Origin: Bdellovibrionales bacterium
GTDB taxonomy: Bacteria; Bdellovibrionota; Bdellovibrionia; Bdellovibrionales; Bdellovibrionaceae
NCBI GenBank assembly: GCA_018266295.1
Contig: JAFEAQ010000011.1
Location: forward strand, 593,626-657,625
Reading direction: 5' to 3'
DNA length: 64,000 bases
In this document: positions 26,383 through 35,888 of the stretch, in pieces
Layout of the letters: every line of letters begins with the position of its first letter
Position numbering within the stretch: the first letter of the stretch is position 1
The notes under the pieces: model-generated
Told to the model about the DNA's origin: nothing
What the model saw: the letters and a program-made list of their open reading frames with translations, nothing else
Databases searched by the model: none
Program-made: the position numbers and the translations under genes

Positions 26383-27315
26383 CTACAGCAACGAGAACAC
26401 TGTCGAAAGATTGACGGTGGTAGTGTCCATCGCCAACTTGCCCGGATAGAAATTCAAATATGGAGATACAAACACTGTTTTCTTAAACGCATAACCAAAA
26501 GAAAGCTTTTGAGTCACCGTCTGTGGTACCAACGCCGTCGTATTATCCTTCGCGCGTGGATTCCAGAAAGCAAATCCCAAGCTCGTGCTGAGGCTCGCAC
26601 GGTCTGAAAAATTATATTTCAGAGACGGCGACAGAATCCCCGTGTAGCGAGGCGTATTGCCATCAGTCGGCTGATAATCACGGTTATAGACTTTATAAAA
26701 GAACATCAAATCCACGCCGCTTGTAAAGCCGCTAGTGCCTAGGTCAAACAATGTGGAACCAATGTAGTTCAAACCTCCGGCAATTCCCACCGCCTGATAA
26801 GTCGGAACTGTTTCAAACGAAACACCAAAGGCATTTCTCATTTGCACATCACCCACACGGTGAAACATATCGTAACCGATCTGGGGCGTGTTCACGTCCA
26901 TACGGTTCATGCCATGGAAAGGATAAAGAGCGCTCAAACCCCCGCCCAAGAAAATCGCCGAGTTTGAATCCAACCGATAACGACCGCTGATGTTGCCTTT
27001 GATGTTCGTCGCATTCACCCGTCTCATGTTATCAGGGTTCGGCAGATCCTTCTCGAGCGGTTTGCCAATCGTAGGTCCATTATAGCCGAGATCCAATTTA
27101 AAGCTATAACGAGACAAAGACCCCAGATCCGCACGCATCTTCGCATCCGTGATCTCGCGCGTGTCTTCGAATTTTTTATTCTTGATCTTCACATCCGAGG
27201 TCATCGTTTGCGTTTCGCTCGATGTCGCAGGTTGCGGCAATGTCAAAGTCGACTGAGCGTGCGCAGTGCCCATAAGCGCAAAATAGAACACCAGAAGCTG
27301 AATAAGAGCTTTCAA
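26383..27315 (-). CDS. Outer-membrane beta-barrel-like protein, hypothetical
   Basis: Preferred TTG 27315 (GGAGG SD 5 nt upstream) gives (M)KALIQLLVFYFALMGTAHA. Alternating beta-strand pattern with an aromatic-rich C-terminus. Confidence 0.65.
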   Translation of the reverse strand: MKALIQLLVFYFALMGTAHAQSTLTLPQPATSSETQTMTSDVKIKNKKFEDTREITDAKMRADLGSLSRYSFKLDLGYNGPTIGKPLEKDLPNPDNMRRVNATNIKGNISGRYRLDSNSAIFLGGGLSALYPFHGMNRMDVNTPQIGYDMFHRVGDVQMRNAFGVSFETVPTYQAVGIAGGLNYIGSTLFDLGTSGFTSGVDLMFFYKVYNRDYQPTDGNTPRYTGILSPSLKYNFSDRASLSTSLGFAFWNPRAKDNTTALVPQTVTQKLSFGYAFKKTVFVSPYLNFYPGKLAMDTTTVNLSTVFSLL

Positions 27316-27454
27316 GAAAACCTCCGCAGGTTGTGTGCAACCCTTAACTAGTAAGCCCCTCACCCGTTGTCAATGCGGGGTTCAATACGAAAACAGGGTG
27401 AAAACTCAATGACAACAGACCGAGTCCTGTGCTTAAAGTGTGGAGGGAGGCTTC

Positions 27455-27943
27455 ATGACAGCTCACGGACACCACGAATCCACACTTCAACTGCGCAAAG
27501 CTCTGCTTAATTTGCAGAAGGAACTCTTAGGCCATCTGAAAGAGATCTTTGAAAAAGAGAACGGCCGCAGTGTAGGACCTGGAGAATGGTTGCAAGTGAT
27601 CATGGTGGCACAACGCTTCGCTTGGTTGCGTGAATTGACCTCTTTGGTCGCTGACATTGATCTTTTAACAGAATTACAAGAAATCACTCCGGAGCAAGCC
27701 GGTGTCGCGCGCTCTGAAGTTGAGCGCATGTTCTTCCATCCGGAATCAACGTCTGAGTTCAACAAGCACTATCAAAACCTGATGAAATCCGGAGCGCCAT
27801 TCGTCGTATCCCACGGCCATCTCCGCGAAAGTATGAACAAGTTGCCGAAGCCGCCAAAAGAATACTCGGTGGAAGAGGCTGCAGAAGCTCGCAAAGTGTG
27901 GCACCAAGAGCACCACGAACAATCACGCAAACGCCGTTCTTAA
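27455..27943 (+). CDS. Hypothetical cytoplasmic protein
   Basis: ATG 27455 with GGAGGGAGG SD. 162 aa. No family recognised. Confidence 0.6.
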   Translation: MTAHGHHESTLQLRKALLNLQKELLGHLKEIFEKENGRSVGPGEWLQVIMVAQRFAWLRELTSLVADIDLLTELQEITPEQAGVARSEVERMFFHPESTSEFNKHYQNLMKSGAPFVVSHGHLRESMNKLPKPPKEYSVEEAAEARKVWHQEHHEQSRKRRS

Positions 27944-28582
27944 TTTTTTCGCGTATTTAAAAAATAAATTATCTTCGCCAAGCACCTTCAGGAGCTTGGC
28001 TTCGGCCTCTTCTGCGGAAATTTCTTGCGATTGCAACCAAAGCTCTTCAAACAGCGTGGCTGTGGCCCCCACATTCAATGACGGGAAGCTGGAGTCCTCT
28101 GTTTCACCAAAGCCCACAAGAAAAAGATAATTCCACAGCGGCTTCAAGGTCCGGTTGTACTGTCCCTCAAGAAAACGCCCACGCAGGCCCAGGGTTTCCT
28201 TCAAAGTTGGTGTGGATTGGGGTGAATCCATCAGCAAAGCATCCAGGGCTTCCTGTGAAGGTCTTTCGAGAAAAATTTTTCCTTGGGATGTGCCGAGATA
28301 AGCCAGAAGATTTACGAAAATTTCTTTGGAAAAAAACGTCGCACGATTCCGATACCATTTCGAATAAACGACGTCATGACTTTCAGAAAGCTCAGTGCGC
28401 AAACCCCACAACTCGCCAACACGATTGTCACCGCCTTCATCCCATTCCCAACGCATTTCAGAGCGCGGATAAAGACACGACCAGATACTTTTCGGCTCTT
28501 TGCGATTATCAAGAGGATACACCAGCAGACATCCTTCTTTTTCAATCGCCTTGATGATCTTTTGACGTTTTGATGTCTTCAT
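27923..28582 (-). CDS. Hypothetical protein (weak resemblance to AlkZ/YcaQ-related winged-helix proteins)
   Basis: 219-aa ORF. Its 3' end overlaps the convergent gene by 21 nt. The family call is a low-confidence impression. Confidence 0.55.
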   Translation of the reverse strand: MKTSKRQKIIKAIEKEGCLLVYPLDNRKEPKSIWSCLYPRSEMRWEWDEGGDNRVGELWGLRTELSESHDVVYSKWYRNRATFFSKEIFVNLLAYLGTSQGKIFLERPSQEALDALLMDSPQSTPTLKETLGLRGRFLEGQYNRTLKPLWNYLFLVGFGETEDSSFPSLNVGATATLFEELWLQSQEISAEEAEAKLLKVLGEDNLFFKYAKKLRTAFA

Positions 28583-28676
28583 GAGGGCACACTAGCAGTT
28601 GTTACTTATTCACACCAGAAGATTCACTTGTAAGTTTTAATACGCATCTTCTAAAATTATTTGCGAGGTGCCAACT

Positions 28677-30146
28677 ATGAATGAAACCAGCTATGCCATG
28701 TCCGCCTGGGTCCTTTCAAAGGGCATCGCATTTTGTTTTATACTCGCGTTTCTCGCTCTCATTCCACAAGTCATGGGTCTCTATGGAAAAAACGGCATTC
28801 TTTCAATTCAGCAATTCATGAGAGTGCTGGAAGAACAGACCGGCCCACAAAGATATTACGAGTTACCGACGATTTTTTGGTTTAATGCAAGCGACGCATT
28901 TCTTTACTTTATCGGCGGCCTGGGGCTTGCCACTTCGACGCTGGCACTGATGGGATTTTGCCCACCGCTCATGATGATCACCGCATGGGTTTGCTATTTA
29001 TCCTTTGTCAATTCTGGCCAGGACTTCCTTGGTTTTCAGTGGGACTCACTGCTTTTAGAAGTCGGTGTGCTCGCAATCTTTCTGACGCCGTGGGGATTTG
29101 ACTGGAAACCATGGACTGCCTACGAACCCTCCGTGTTTGTACGCTGGCTCTTTTGGATTTTGCTTTTCAAATTAATGTTTCTTTCCGGTGTTGTGAAAAT
29201 TCTCAGCAAAGACTTTTCGTGGCGCGACTTCACCGCTTTGAAATATCACTACTGGACACAGCCCATCCCCAATCCCCTGGCTTACTTCATGGATAAATTG
29301 CCACTGTGGTTTCAAAAAGCCAGCTGCGTGCTGATGTTCTTTATCGAACTCGCAGTTCCGTTTTTAATTTTTATTCCGGGACCTCTGCGCTGGCTAGCGG
29401 CGGCTTTGATGATCGGCCTGCAGTTGTTAATCGTTTTAACCGGCAACTATGCATTCTTTAATGTCTTAAGTATCGTCCTCTGTCTTTTTCTCTTGGATGA
29501 TTCTATTTGGCGGCTGTTTCTACCGAAAATCTTTCCAGCTATGACCGTCGTCACCGACAATCCTTTCTTCTATGAATCAATGGGTCTTGTGCTGGCTGTG
29601 CTAATGATACCGCTCAATCTTTTCTGGTTCGGCCTTGCTTTTCGCGAAAACTCAAAACTCCTCAACCCGGCCATTCCGATTATTCGGGCGATTTACAATT
29701 ATCGTTTTAATTCGAGCTACGGTCTTTTTGCGGTGATGACGAAAGATCGCCCCGAATTGGTTTTACAAGGCAGCAATGACAACGAGATCTGGGTGGACTA
29801 TGAATTCCGCTACAAGCCCAGCCGCCTTGATAAGATGCCGCCAATTGTGGCTCCTTATCATCCGCGTTTAGATTGGCAGATGTGGTTTGCCGCCCTCGGC
29901 ACCTTTAGTCAGAATCTATGGCTGCAAAATCTGATGGCACGCATATTTATGAAATCAGAGCCTGTAATTGATCTGCTCAAAAACAATCCTTTTCCAAATG
30001 CTCCGAAGTACATGCGTCTGGTAAAATACCAGTACAAATTCTCAACAACCAAAACTTTGTTCGAAAAGGGCGAGTGGTGGACACGCGAATACATCGGTTT
30101 GTACTCGCCTATATTTGAGAAGACTGACTTCGTTCCCGAAGAATAA
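28677..30146 (+). CDS. Lipase maturation factor (LMF) family membrane protein
   Basis: About 489 aa polytopic membrane protein. The C-terminal PRLDWQMWFAAL motif is characteristic of LMF-family proteins. ATG 28677 is preferred over GTG 28668. Confidence 0.75.
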   Translation: MNETSYAMSAWVLSKGIAFCFILAFLALIPQVMGLYGKNGILSIQQFMRVLEEQTGPQRYYELPTIFWFNASDAFLYFIGGLGLATSTLALMGFCPPLMMITAWVCYLSFVNSGQDFLGFQWDSLLLEVGVLAIFLTPWGFDWKPWTAYEPSVFVRWLFWILLFKLMFLSGVVKILSKDFSWRDFTALKYHYWTQPIPNPLAYFMDKLPLWFQKASCVLMFFIELAVPFLIFIPGPLRWLAAALMIGLQLLIVLTGNYAFFNVLSIVLCLFLLDDSIWRLFLPKIFPAMTVVTDNPFFYESMGLVLAVLMIPLNLFWFGLAFRENSKLLNPAIPIIRAIYNYRFNSSYGLFAVMTKDRPELVLQGSNDNEIWVDYEFRYKPSRLDKMPPIVAPYHPRLDWQMWFAALGTFSQNLWLQNLMARIFMKSEPVIDLLKNNPFPNAPKYMRLVKYQYKFSTTKTLFEKGEWWTREYIGLYSPIFEKTDFVPEE

Positions 30147-30288
30147 TCATTTCACTTTCATTCAGCCAATGACGCATAGGGTTAGCGGGGTGCTGGGTGA
30201 GAACTCTAAAATGCTCGTTGTGGGCCCTCATGGGGTTCGATAGAATGATTGCCATTCATGGACGAATCAAAACACAAAGGAGTTTTAT

Positions 30289-30426
30289 ATGGAAACTAAG
30301 ATGATCCAGAATAAAACAGAAAAAGAAACGACGCCAACAACTCTGATCACTGAAAAGCAACAACCTGCACCTACTGAACGCCCTCCAGCACGCCGTCGTA
30401 GCCGCCGCCGTTTGCCAGCTTGGTAA
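30289..30426 (+). CDS. Small ORF (45 aa) with Arg-rich C-terminus, coupled to the M14 gene
   Basis: Below the track size cutoff. AAAGGAG SD 7 nt upstream of the ATG. Sequence METKMIQNKTEKETTPTTLITEKQQPAPTERPPARRRSRRRLPAW. Its stop overlaps the SD-less TTG start of the next gene. Confidence 0.35.
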   Translation: METKMIQNKTEKETTPTTLITEKQQPAPTERPPARRRSRRRLPAW

Positions 30427-31628
30427 GACTCTTAATTTTAAGCATCATTTCTGTTTTAACGATGAACTCTTCGGCGTATGCCGAAGAGTTTTCCGTTTCT
30501 CAACGCCTTGAAAATTTCAAATCGACATACGAAGAGGCCCGCTCCGCATTTCTTGCGAACCTGGAAACTCTTAAAAAATCAAATCCCGGAATCGAAATCC
30601 ACGCGGTTCAAATCCCCACTCGCACCCGCGAAACCTTGATGATGGATGTGGCTTACTTGCCGCCGAAATCCGGCAAGAAAGAACGCCTATTAATTCTGAC
30701 TTCAGGCATGCACGGCATGGAAGGCTTTGTCGGAAGTGCTTTGCAAAATCAGTTCATCCAGGAAAACTTCTGGAACATGCGCGATGAAAACCTTGGGATT
30801 CTCTTTGTTCACGCCGTGAATCCTTACGGCTTTAAGTTCATGCGCCGGGTGACCGAAAACAACGTCGACCTCAATCGCAACTTCGATACGGATAACAAAC
30901 TCTTTTCTCAGAAGAACGAAGGCTACGAAAAAATCAGCTACATGCTGAATCCGCCGGACATTGCCCATGCGGGATTTTTTGATCGCCTGGGTTTTTACTA
31001 CGAGTGCGTAAAAGCCATTGCGAAATACTCCATGGACAGCCTTCGTCGCGCGATTCTGCGTGGTCAGTATGAAGAATCCGAAGGTCTCTATTTCGGCGGC
31101 AAAGACTTTGAGCCGCAAAAAGATCTGATGGAAAAAGAAATCCTCGCGGTCGCTCCAGGGTATGAGCAGACACTCTTAGTTGATCTGCACACGGGCTACG
31201 GCCAACGCGGTCATTTACATCTGTTTGCCGACATGGCGCCATCCATGGACGCTGAGTACCTCAAAAAAGTGTTCAATGGCTATGACATGGATTATGGCCA
31301 GAAGAAAGATTTCTACGAAGTCTCTGGTGGCTTTGTTGTTTTCGGCGCGAAGGTTCTGCAAAACAAATCCCGCTATGCCGGCATCGTCTTTGAGTTCGGC
31401 ACTCTCGACAGCCAAAAAACGCTAGGCTCACTCGATTCCCTTTATCGCATGGTGCGTGAAAATCAAAAATTCCACCACGGGGCTCAGAACAAAGAACAAC
31501 ATGATGAAATCACTCGCTTGTTTCAAGAGATGTTCTATCCGTCAGCCCCTGAATGGCGCGAAGCTGTCGCCAAACAATTCCAAGAAGTCCTCACGCTCGG
31601 TTTGAAGAATCAAAAAGCATTGAAATAG
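30420..31628 (+). CDS. M14-family metallopeptidase-like protein (DUF2817)
   Basis: SGMHGMEG (HxxE zinc motif), NPYGF and DLNRNF motifs. TTG 30420 gives signal peptide VRLLILSIISVLTMNSSAYA. The alternative ATG 30462 would remove the signal peptide. Confidence 0.75.
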   Translation: MVRLLILSIISVLTMNSSAYAEEFSVSQRLENFKSTYEEARSAFLANLETLKKSNPGIEIHAVQIPTRTRETLMMDVAYLPPKSGKKERLLILTSGMHGMEGFVGSALQNQFIQENFWNMRDENLGILFVHAVNPYGFKFMRRVTENNVDLNRNFDTDNKLFSQKNEGYEKISYMLNPPDIAHAGFFDRLGFYYECVKAIAKYSMDSLRRAILRGQYEESEGLYFGGKDFEPQKDLMEKEILAVAPGYEQTLLVDLHTGYGQRGHLHLFADMAPSMDAEYLKKVFNGYDMDYGQKKDFYEVSGGFVVFGAKVLQNKSRYAGIVFEFGTLDSQKTLGSLDSLYRMVRENQKFHHGAQNKEQHDEITRLFQEMFYPSAPEWREAVAKQFQEVLTLGLKNQKALK

Positions 31629-31649
31629 CCCCTAACTAGTGCTAACTCC

Positions 31650-33221
31650 GTGGGATCACTTGTGAAAGGACCTCGCGTGCTGGCTGAGTTTTGGAAAAAA
31701 TCCAACACCTTACAAAAGGTATTTGTCTTCTTCGGTCTGAGCATTCTCTTCCGTATTTTCTTTGCATCCGTTGTGGGCCTTGCCGACGACGAAGCTTATC
31801 ACTGGAGCTGGACAAAAAATCTTTCCCTTTCTTACTACGACCATCCGGCGATGATAGCGTGGCTTGAGGCCATCAGCACATCCATCTTGGGCGACACTCG
31901 TTGGGGTGTGCGCTTGCCAGCCTTCTTGTGTTATCTCGGCACGGCCTATCTTGCATGGAAACTCGCCCGCGAAGTCTTCGGCATTTGGGCCGCAAACTTC
32001 TGTGCCTTCTTGATGCTGTGGACGCCGCTTTGGGGTTTTGGCGGCTACGTGGCTTCGCCTGAAACTCCGTTCATGCTTTGCTGGGTCGCTGCTGCTTACG
32101 TCTTCTGGCAGAACGTGCGCGAAGACGGCAAGGCCTGGCCTTTGAAAAAAACCTGGCTGTGGCTTGGCGTGATCATGGGCTTGGGGCTCAATTCAAAATT
32201 CATTATCGCTTTACTGGCGCCGGGTTTTGGTTTGTATCTTTTGATGACGCCAAAACACCGCAAAGATTTGCTGTCGAAATGGCCATGGACCGGGATGCTA
32301 ATCGCAACCGTGATCTGCTTACCGATTTTTATTTGGAATCTGCACTATGACTGGCCGGGTTTTAGATACCAATTCCATGACCGTCACACAACAACCGAGT
32401 TCAGCTTCAATCGCTGGCTCCAATTCTTTACAGCACAGATTCTCTTTTATACGCCGGTGGCTTACGGTTTGATGCTCTACACTTTCGGTTATTCATTCGT
32501 AAAACGCCAAGAAGCGCGCTGGCGCTGGCTGTTCTGCATGACGGTGCCAAGTATCGTGATGTTCTATCCTCAGCCGTTGTGGGCCGAGTACAAGCCGCAC
32601 TGGAGCGGTCCTGCATTCTTGCTGCTCGCGATGGGCGCCGGAGCTCTGTGGTCGGAAGGCGTTGAGTGGCATGGCAAAACCAAGATCAAACCTTTTAGCA
32701 GTAAAATCACTTGGGGCATTTTAGGTTTCATTCTTTTAGTGAACCTGATCACGTACTTGCCATTCGTATATCCATGGATGCCGAAAGCCGCGCGGGCAAT
32801 CAACCCACAGGCCGAGTGGCACCCCAAATATGATCTTAGTAATGAGTTCAGCGGCTGGCCGGAGCTAGGTGATTACGTCAATCGCCGTCAGCGTGAAATC
32901 CATGCTGAAAGTGGCAAGAAACCTTTTATTGCCAGCAACCGCTACGAAACCACCGCTCAAACTTACTGGGGCACGAAGCAAAAGACCTATATGCTCAGCA
33001 CCACAAAAAGCCAATACACGGTGACGCAAACTCCGCAAGAGATGGAAGCTCTCCATGGCGACACGGCTCTCTTTGTAACGACAGACAAGTATCCGACAGA
33101 TCCGATGGGTTGGGCAAAGTTCGACGAGTGCAAGCCTGAGGAATTCAAAACTTACCGCCACGACGAAGTAGCGCGCATCTTTAAAGTTTGGATCTGCACA
33201 AACTTCCAAGGCATCAAATAA
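31650..33221 (+). CDS. Glycosyltransferase family 39 (ArnT/PMT-like) membrane protein
   Basis: 523 aa polytopic protein. GLADDEAYHWSW is the N-terminal loop motif typical of GT39/ArnT-like enzymes. GTG start is uncertain. Confidence 0.8.
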   Translation: MGSLVKGPRVLAEFWKKSNTLQKVFVFFGLSILFRIFFASVVGLADDEAYHWSWTKNLSLSYYDHPAMIAWLEAISTSILGDTRWGVRLPAFLCYLGTAYLAWKLAREVFGIWAANFCAFLMLWTPLWGFGGYVASPETPFMLCWVAAAYVFWQNVREDGKAWPLKKTWLWLGVIMGLGLNSKFIIALLAPGFGLYLLMTPKHRKDLLSKWPWTGMLIATVICLPIFIWNLHYDWPGFRYQFHDRHTTTEFSFNRWLQFFTAQILFYTPVAYGLMLYTFGYSFVKRQEARWRWLFCMTVPSIVMFYPQPLWAEYKPHWSGPAFLLLAMGAGALWSEGVEWHGKTKIKPFSSKITWGILGFILLVNLITYLPFVYPWMPKAARAINPQAEWHPKYDLSNEFSGWPELGDYVNRRQREIHAESGKKPFIASNRYETTAQTYWGTKQKTYMLSTTKSQYTVTQTPQEMEALHGDTALFVTTDKYPTDPMGWAKFDECKPEEFKTYRHDEVARIFKVWICTNFQGIK

Positions 33222-33246
33222 AAAACCCCGGTTCATCACCGGGGTT
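33222..33246. terminator. Hairpin terminator between convergent genes
   Basis: 9-bp stem aaccccggt/accggggtt with a 5-nt loop. The A-run on its left gives a U-tract for the minus-strand DUF3465 transcript. Confidence 0.65.
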
Positions 33247-33272
33247 CTACGCAAGGTAAATAATTTTACGAC

Positions 33273-33851
33273 TTACTGGTGGCGAGGTCCATCGCCGCAG
33301 TATACTTTGCCATTCACTTCAACGTAGCCATCCGGACGATTCTGGCGTGGGTCGTAGTGCAGCCAGTGCAACAGAGCTCCCTGGTTGGTCCAAATGAATT
33401 GGCCACCCATAGAAACGACGTCACCGACTTTCAGAGGAATGTATTCACACATATCTAAATTATAAACGGCTTGCATTGTCGCGCCGTTAGAAAGACGAAC
33501 CACCCATTTTTGGTGTTCCAAACCGTTGCGGTCGTCAGGAAGAAGCTTCGTCACAACCATACCTGAACCTTCAACGAAGTCGAGGCGACGTTTGCTGTTC
33601 ACCGCTGCAACGATTTTCGCATCGCCGCCTGTCGCTGGTTGGCCAGACTGAACAGGGCCATCATTGTTTTGATCTTCAGAATTTTTTGGATAGTTGTGTT
33701 TATCGCGGTAGTCTTGATTGCCATTTTTGTTGCCGTGCTGGTAGTTATCACCGCGCTTTTTATAGGCTACAAAATCATCGGCCTTTGCAACTTGGAAAGA
33801 AGTTAAAGAAATTAGAACAACACCCAGGTACAATGCCAGTTTTTTAGTCAA
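33273..33851 (-). CDS. DUF3465 domain-containing secreted protein
   Basis: LLPDDRNGLEHQKWVVRLSNG ... HWLHYDP is the DUF3465 pattern. Signal peptide present. Confidence 0.7.
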   Translation of the reverse strand: MTKKLALYLGVVLISLTSFQVAKADDFVAYKKRGDNYQHGNKNGNQDYRDKHNYPKNSEDQNNDGPVQSGQPATGGDAKIVAAVNSKRRLDFVEGSGMVVTKLLPDDRNGLEHQKWVVRLSNGATMQAVYNLDMCEYIPLKVGDVVSMGGQFIWTNQGALLHWLHYDPRQNRPDGYVEVNGKVYCGDGPRHQ

Positions 33852-34115
33852 TCAAGCCCCCTCTGCTTATTGATTAATTGCGAATGGCGAAACTCTCCCT
33901 TGGGTCGAACAGTTTTTCAACTTTAAACTTTAAATGCATATAAAAAGGCAAGAAACGCATTATAAGTAACGTGGCGCTTCTAGCACGTGTAATTATTGCA
34001 ATATCTTGCTTGAAATCTGTGAAAAAAAACTTAATCTTGTTTCGAATAACAAAAGTTTTGAAGGAAGAAGGCCATGGTGGCCGGTCCTAAATAACAAACT
34101 AAAAGGGGAATAACT

Positions 34116-34406
34116 ATGAAAATGATCCTTTCTGCGATCGTTACTTTGTCTGCAGTTGCTGCTTTCGCTAACCCAACTGCTCCAGCTGCTCACGGCACAA
34201 CTACTACAGCTCCAGCTGCAGCTACTACTGGCACTACTGCTACTGGTACAACTGCAACTACGACTACTACTACAACAACTACTAAAGAAGCTAAAGCGAC
34301 GACTACTAAAGGTATGACTAAAGAAGAAGCTGAAAAAGCTTGCGCTAAAGAAGCTAACAAAGAAGCTTGTGTAAAAAAACACATGGGCACTGACAAGAAA
34401 ATGTAA
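34116..34406 (+). CDS. Small secreted Thr-rich protein
   Basis: 96 aa. AAAGGGGA SD, signal peptide, poly-Thr tract, and a canonical terminator downstream on the same strand. Confidence 0.6.
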   Translation: MKMILSAIVTLSAVAAFANPTAPAAHGTTTTAPAAATTGTTATGTTATTTTTTTTTKEAKATTTKGMTKEEAEKACAKEANKEACVKKHMGTDKKM

Positions 34407-34445
34407 TTTGCTCTTTCACGAGCAAAGCATTTCTTAGCTTTGAAA

Positions 34446-34473
34446 AGCCACTCCTTCGCGAGTGGCTTTTTTT
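34446..34473 (+). terminator. Rho-independent terminator
   Basis: Stem agccactc/gagtggct with a 6-nt loop, followed by a T7 tract. Confidence 0.75.
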
Positions 34474-34605
34474 ATTTCAGCGACTAATTCCGCCGTCCCC
34501 TCTTCACTTAAGTTTTTTGCTCTTTAATACAATTGAGAATTTCTCATGACATAGTTATGACGAGAAGATCAATTGTGACCCTGTTTGTGTTCATTTAAAT
34601 TAACC

Positions 34606-35286
34606 ATGTTTATGGACACAAATATTGAAACCTCCATCTCTTCCCTTCTCCTGCAGAAAAACTATCCTTGTGTAGCTGCGGTCCAATCTTTTCTCAAAAA
34701 AGACTACATCGTCGGCACCTATAAAAACTTTGGCGACGGCACTCACAGTTATGAGCTGGGAATGGCGCTGCTGGATTTTAAGAAACGACAACAAAGTTCC
34801 AAATCTCCCTTTATGAGTTTCTGGGCCGTCTTTGAAGACGATTGCGAACTCGATGAAAGCACATTTGAAATCCGGATGTGGAGAGAGCTTTCGTTTCTAA
34901 CTTCTTATGAGGAGTTCACAGCAAGCTGGGATCCTCATTTTAGTAAGGACCCCAAGGACAAAAACTTTTGTTTTAGTCTGCATGGAAGCGCTTACTATGT
35001 CCTTGGCTTGCACCCGCACAGCTCCCGCCTGGCCCGGCGTTTTCCATACCCGGCGCTGATCTTTAATCTCTACGATCAGTTTCGTGCGCTGATGAATGAC
35101 AACAATGATTTTGCGAAGATGGTTCATATCAACCGTCGTCGCGAACAAATCTTCCAGGGGGATCTAAATCCCATGGTCGAAAAATATGGTGAGACTTGGG
35201 AGTCCATTCAATTTTCCGGTCGAGAAAATCCGCCGGATTGGAAGTGCCCTTTTCAATTTGCATTACAACGAGAACAACAACAATGA
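34606..35286 (+). CDS. YqcI/YcgG family protein (family includes haem-dependent N-hydroxylase GntA)
   Basis: NYPCVAAVQSF, FMSFWAVFED and FCFSLHGSAYYVLGLHPHSSRLARRFPYPALIFN blocks match my memory of YqcI/YcgG. The start is ATG 34606 or 34612. Confidence 0.65.
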   Translation: MFMDTNIETSISSLLLQKNYPCVAAVQSFLKKDYIVGTYKNFGDGTHSYELGMALLDFKKRQQSSKSPFMSFWAVFEDDCELDESTFEIRMWRELSFLTSYEEFTASWDPHFSKDPKDKNFCFSLHGSAYYVLGLHPHSSRLARRFPYPALIFNLYDQFRALMNDNNDFAKMVHINRRREQIFQGDLNPMVEKYGETWESIQFSGRENPPDWKCPFQFALQREQQQ

Positions 35287-35873
35287 TTAGACAAATACCA
35301 CCGCAAAAGGGAACGTGTTTTCCTTTGAAGAAGGGCCATCACCTGAAAGTGATTACGCCCCAGCATCAACAAGTCTCAGACTTGTTTTGCTTTAACGCCA
35401 ACGATTACCGCGAAAGCTTTTCAGCTGGCAGAACCATCGACTACAACGATTCGATTTTTCTGAGCACAGGGCACACGCTGTACTCCAACCAAAGCCAAGC
35501 CATGCTCACGATCTGCGAAGACACCTGCGGCCGTCACGACGTCTTGCTCACTCCGTGCAGCCTGAGGATGTTCCAAATCGTCGCAGGCGATGACGACTAC
35601 TACCACCCAAGCTGTCACGAAAATCTCGCAAGACATTTTGGTCCTTTCGGCATCGATGAGCACGAAATCTCAACTACGTTTAATATTTTCATGAACGTGA
35701 AGCTGAACAACAAGGGCGCGATCAAGATCAATCCACCTCTCGCCAAAGCGGGAGACTACGTGGTTTTTGAAGCTTGTATGGATTTGTTAGTGGGACTGAC
35801 CGCCTGCTCGCACGAAGAAACCAACAACCGGGTTTGTAAGCCGATTCACTATCAGATCTATGTGCCGCACTGA
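35283..35873 (+). CDS. DUF1989 (urea-carboxylase-associated family) protein
   Basis: ATG 35283 overlaps the upstream stop (ATGA). HQQVSDLFCF, GRHDVLLTPC and GDYVVFEA blocks are DUF1989-like. Confidence 0.7.
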   Translation: MIRQIPPQKGTCFPLKKGHHLKVITPQHQQVSDLFCFNANDYRESFSAGRTIDYNDSIFLSTGHTLYSNQSQAMLTICEDTCGRHDVLLTPCSLRMFQIVAGDDDYYHPSCHENLARHFGPFGIDEHEISTTFNIFMNVKLNNKGAIKINPPLAKAGDYVVFEACMDLLVGLTACSHEETNNRVCKPIHYQIYVPH

Positions 35874-35888
35874 GCGCTGTGGCACAGG

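Noticed and set aside
33993-34382. 129-aa Ser/Phe/Cys-rich minus-strand ORF opposite the Thr-rich gene
   Set aside because: The plus-strand ORF has an SD, a signal peptide and a same-strand rho-independent terminator. The minus ORF has none of these.
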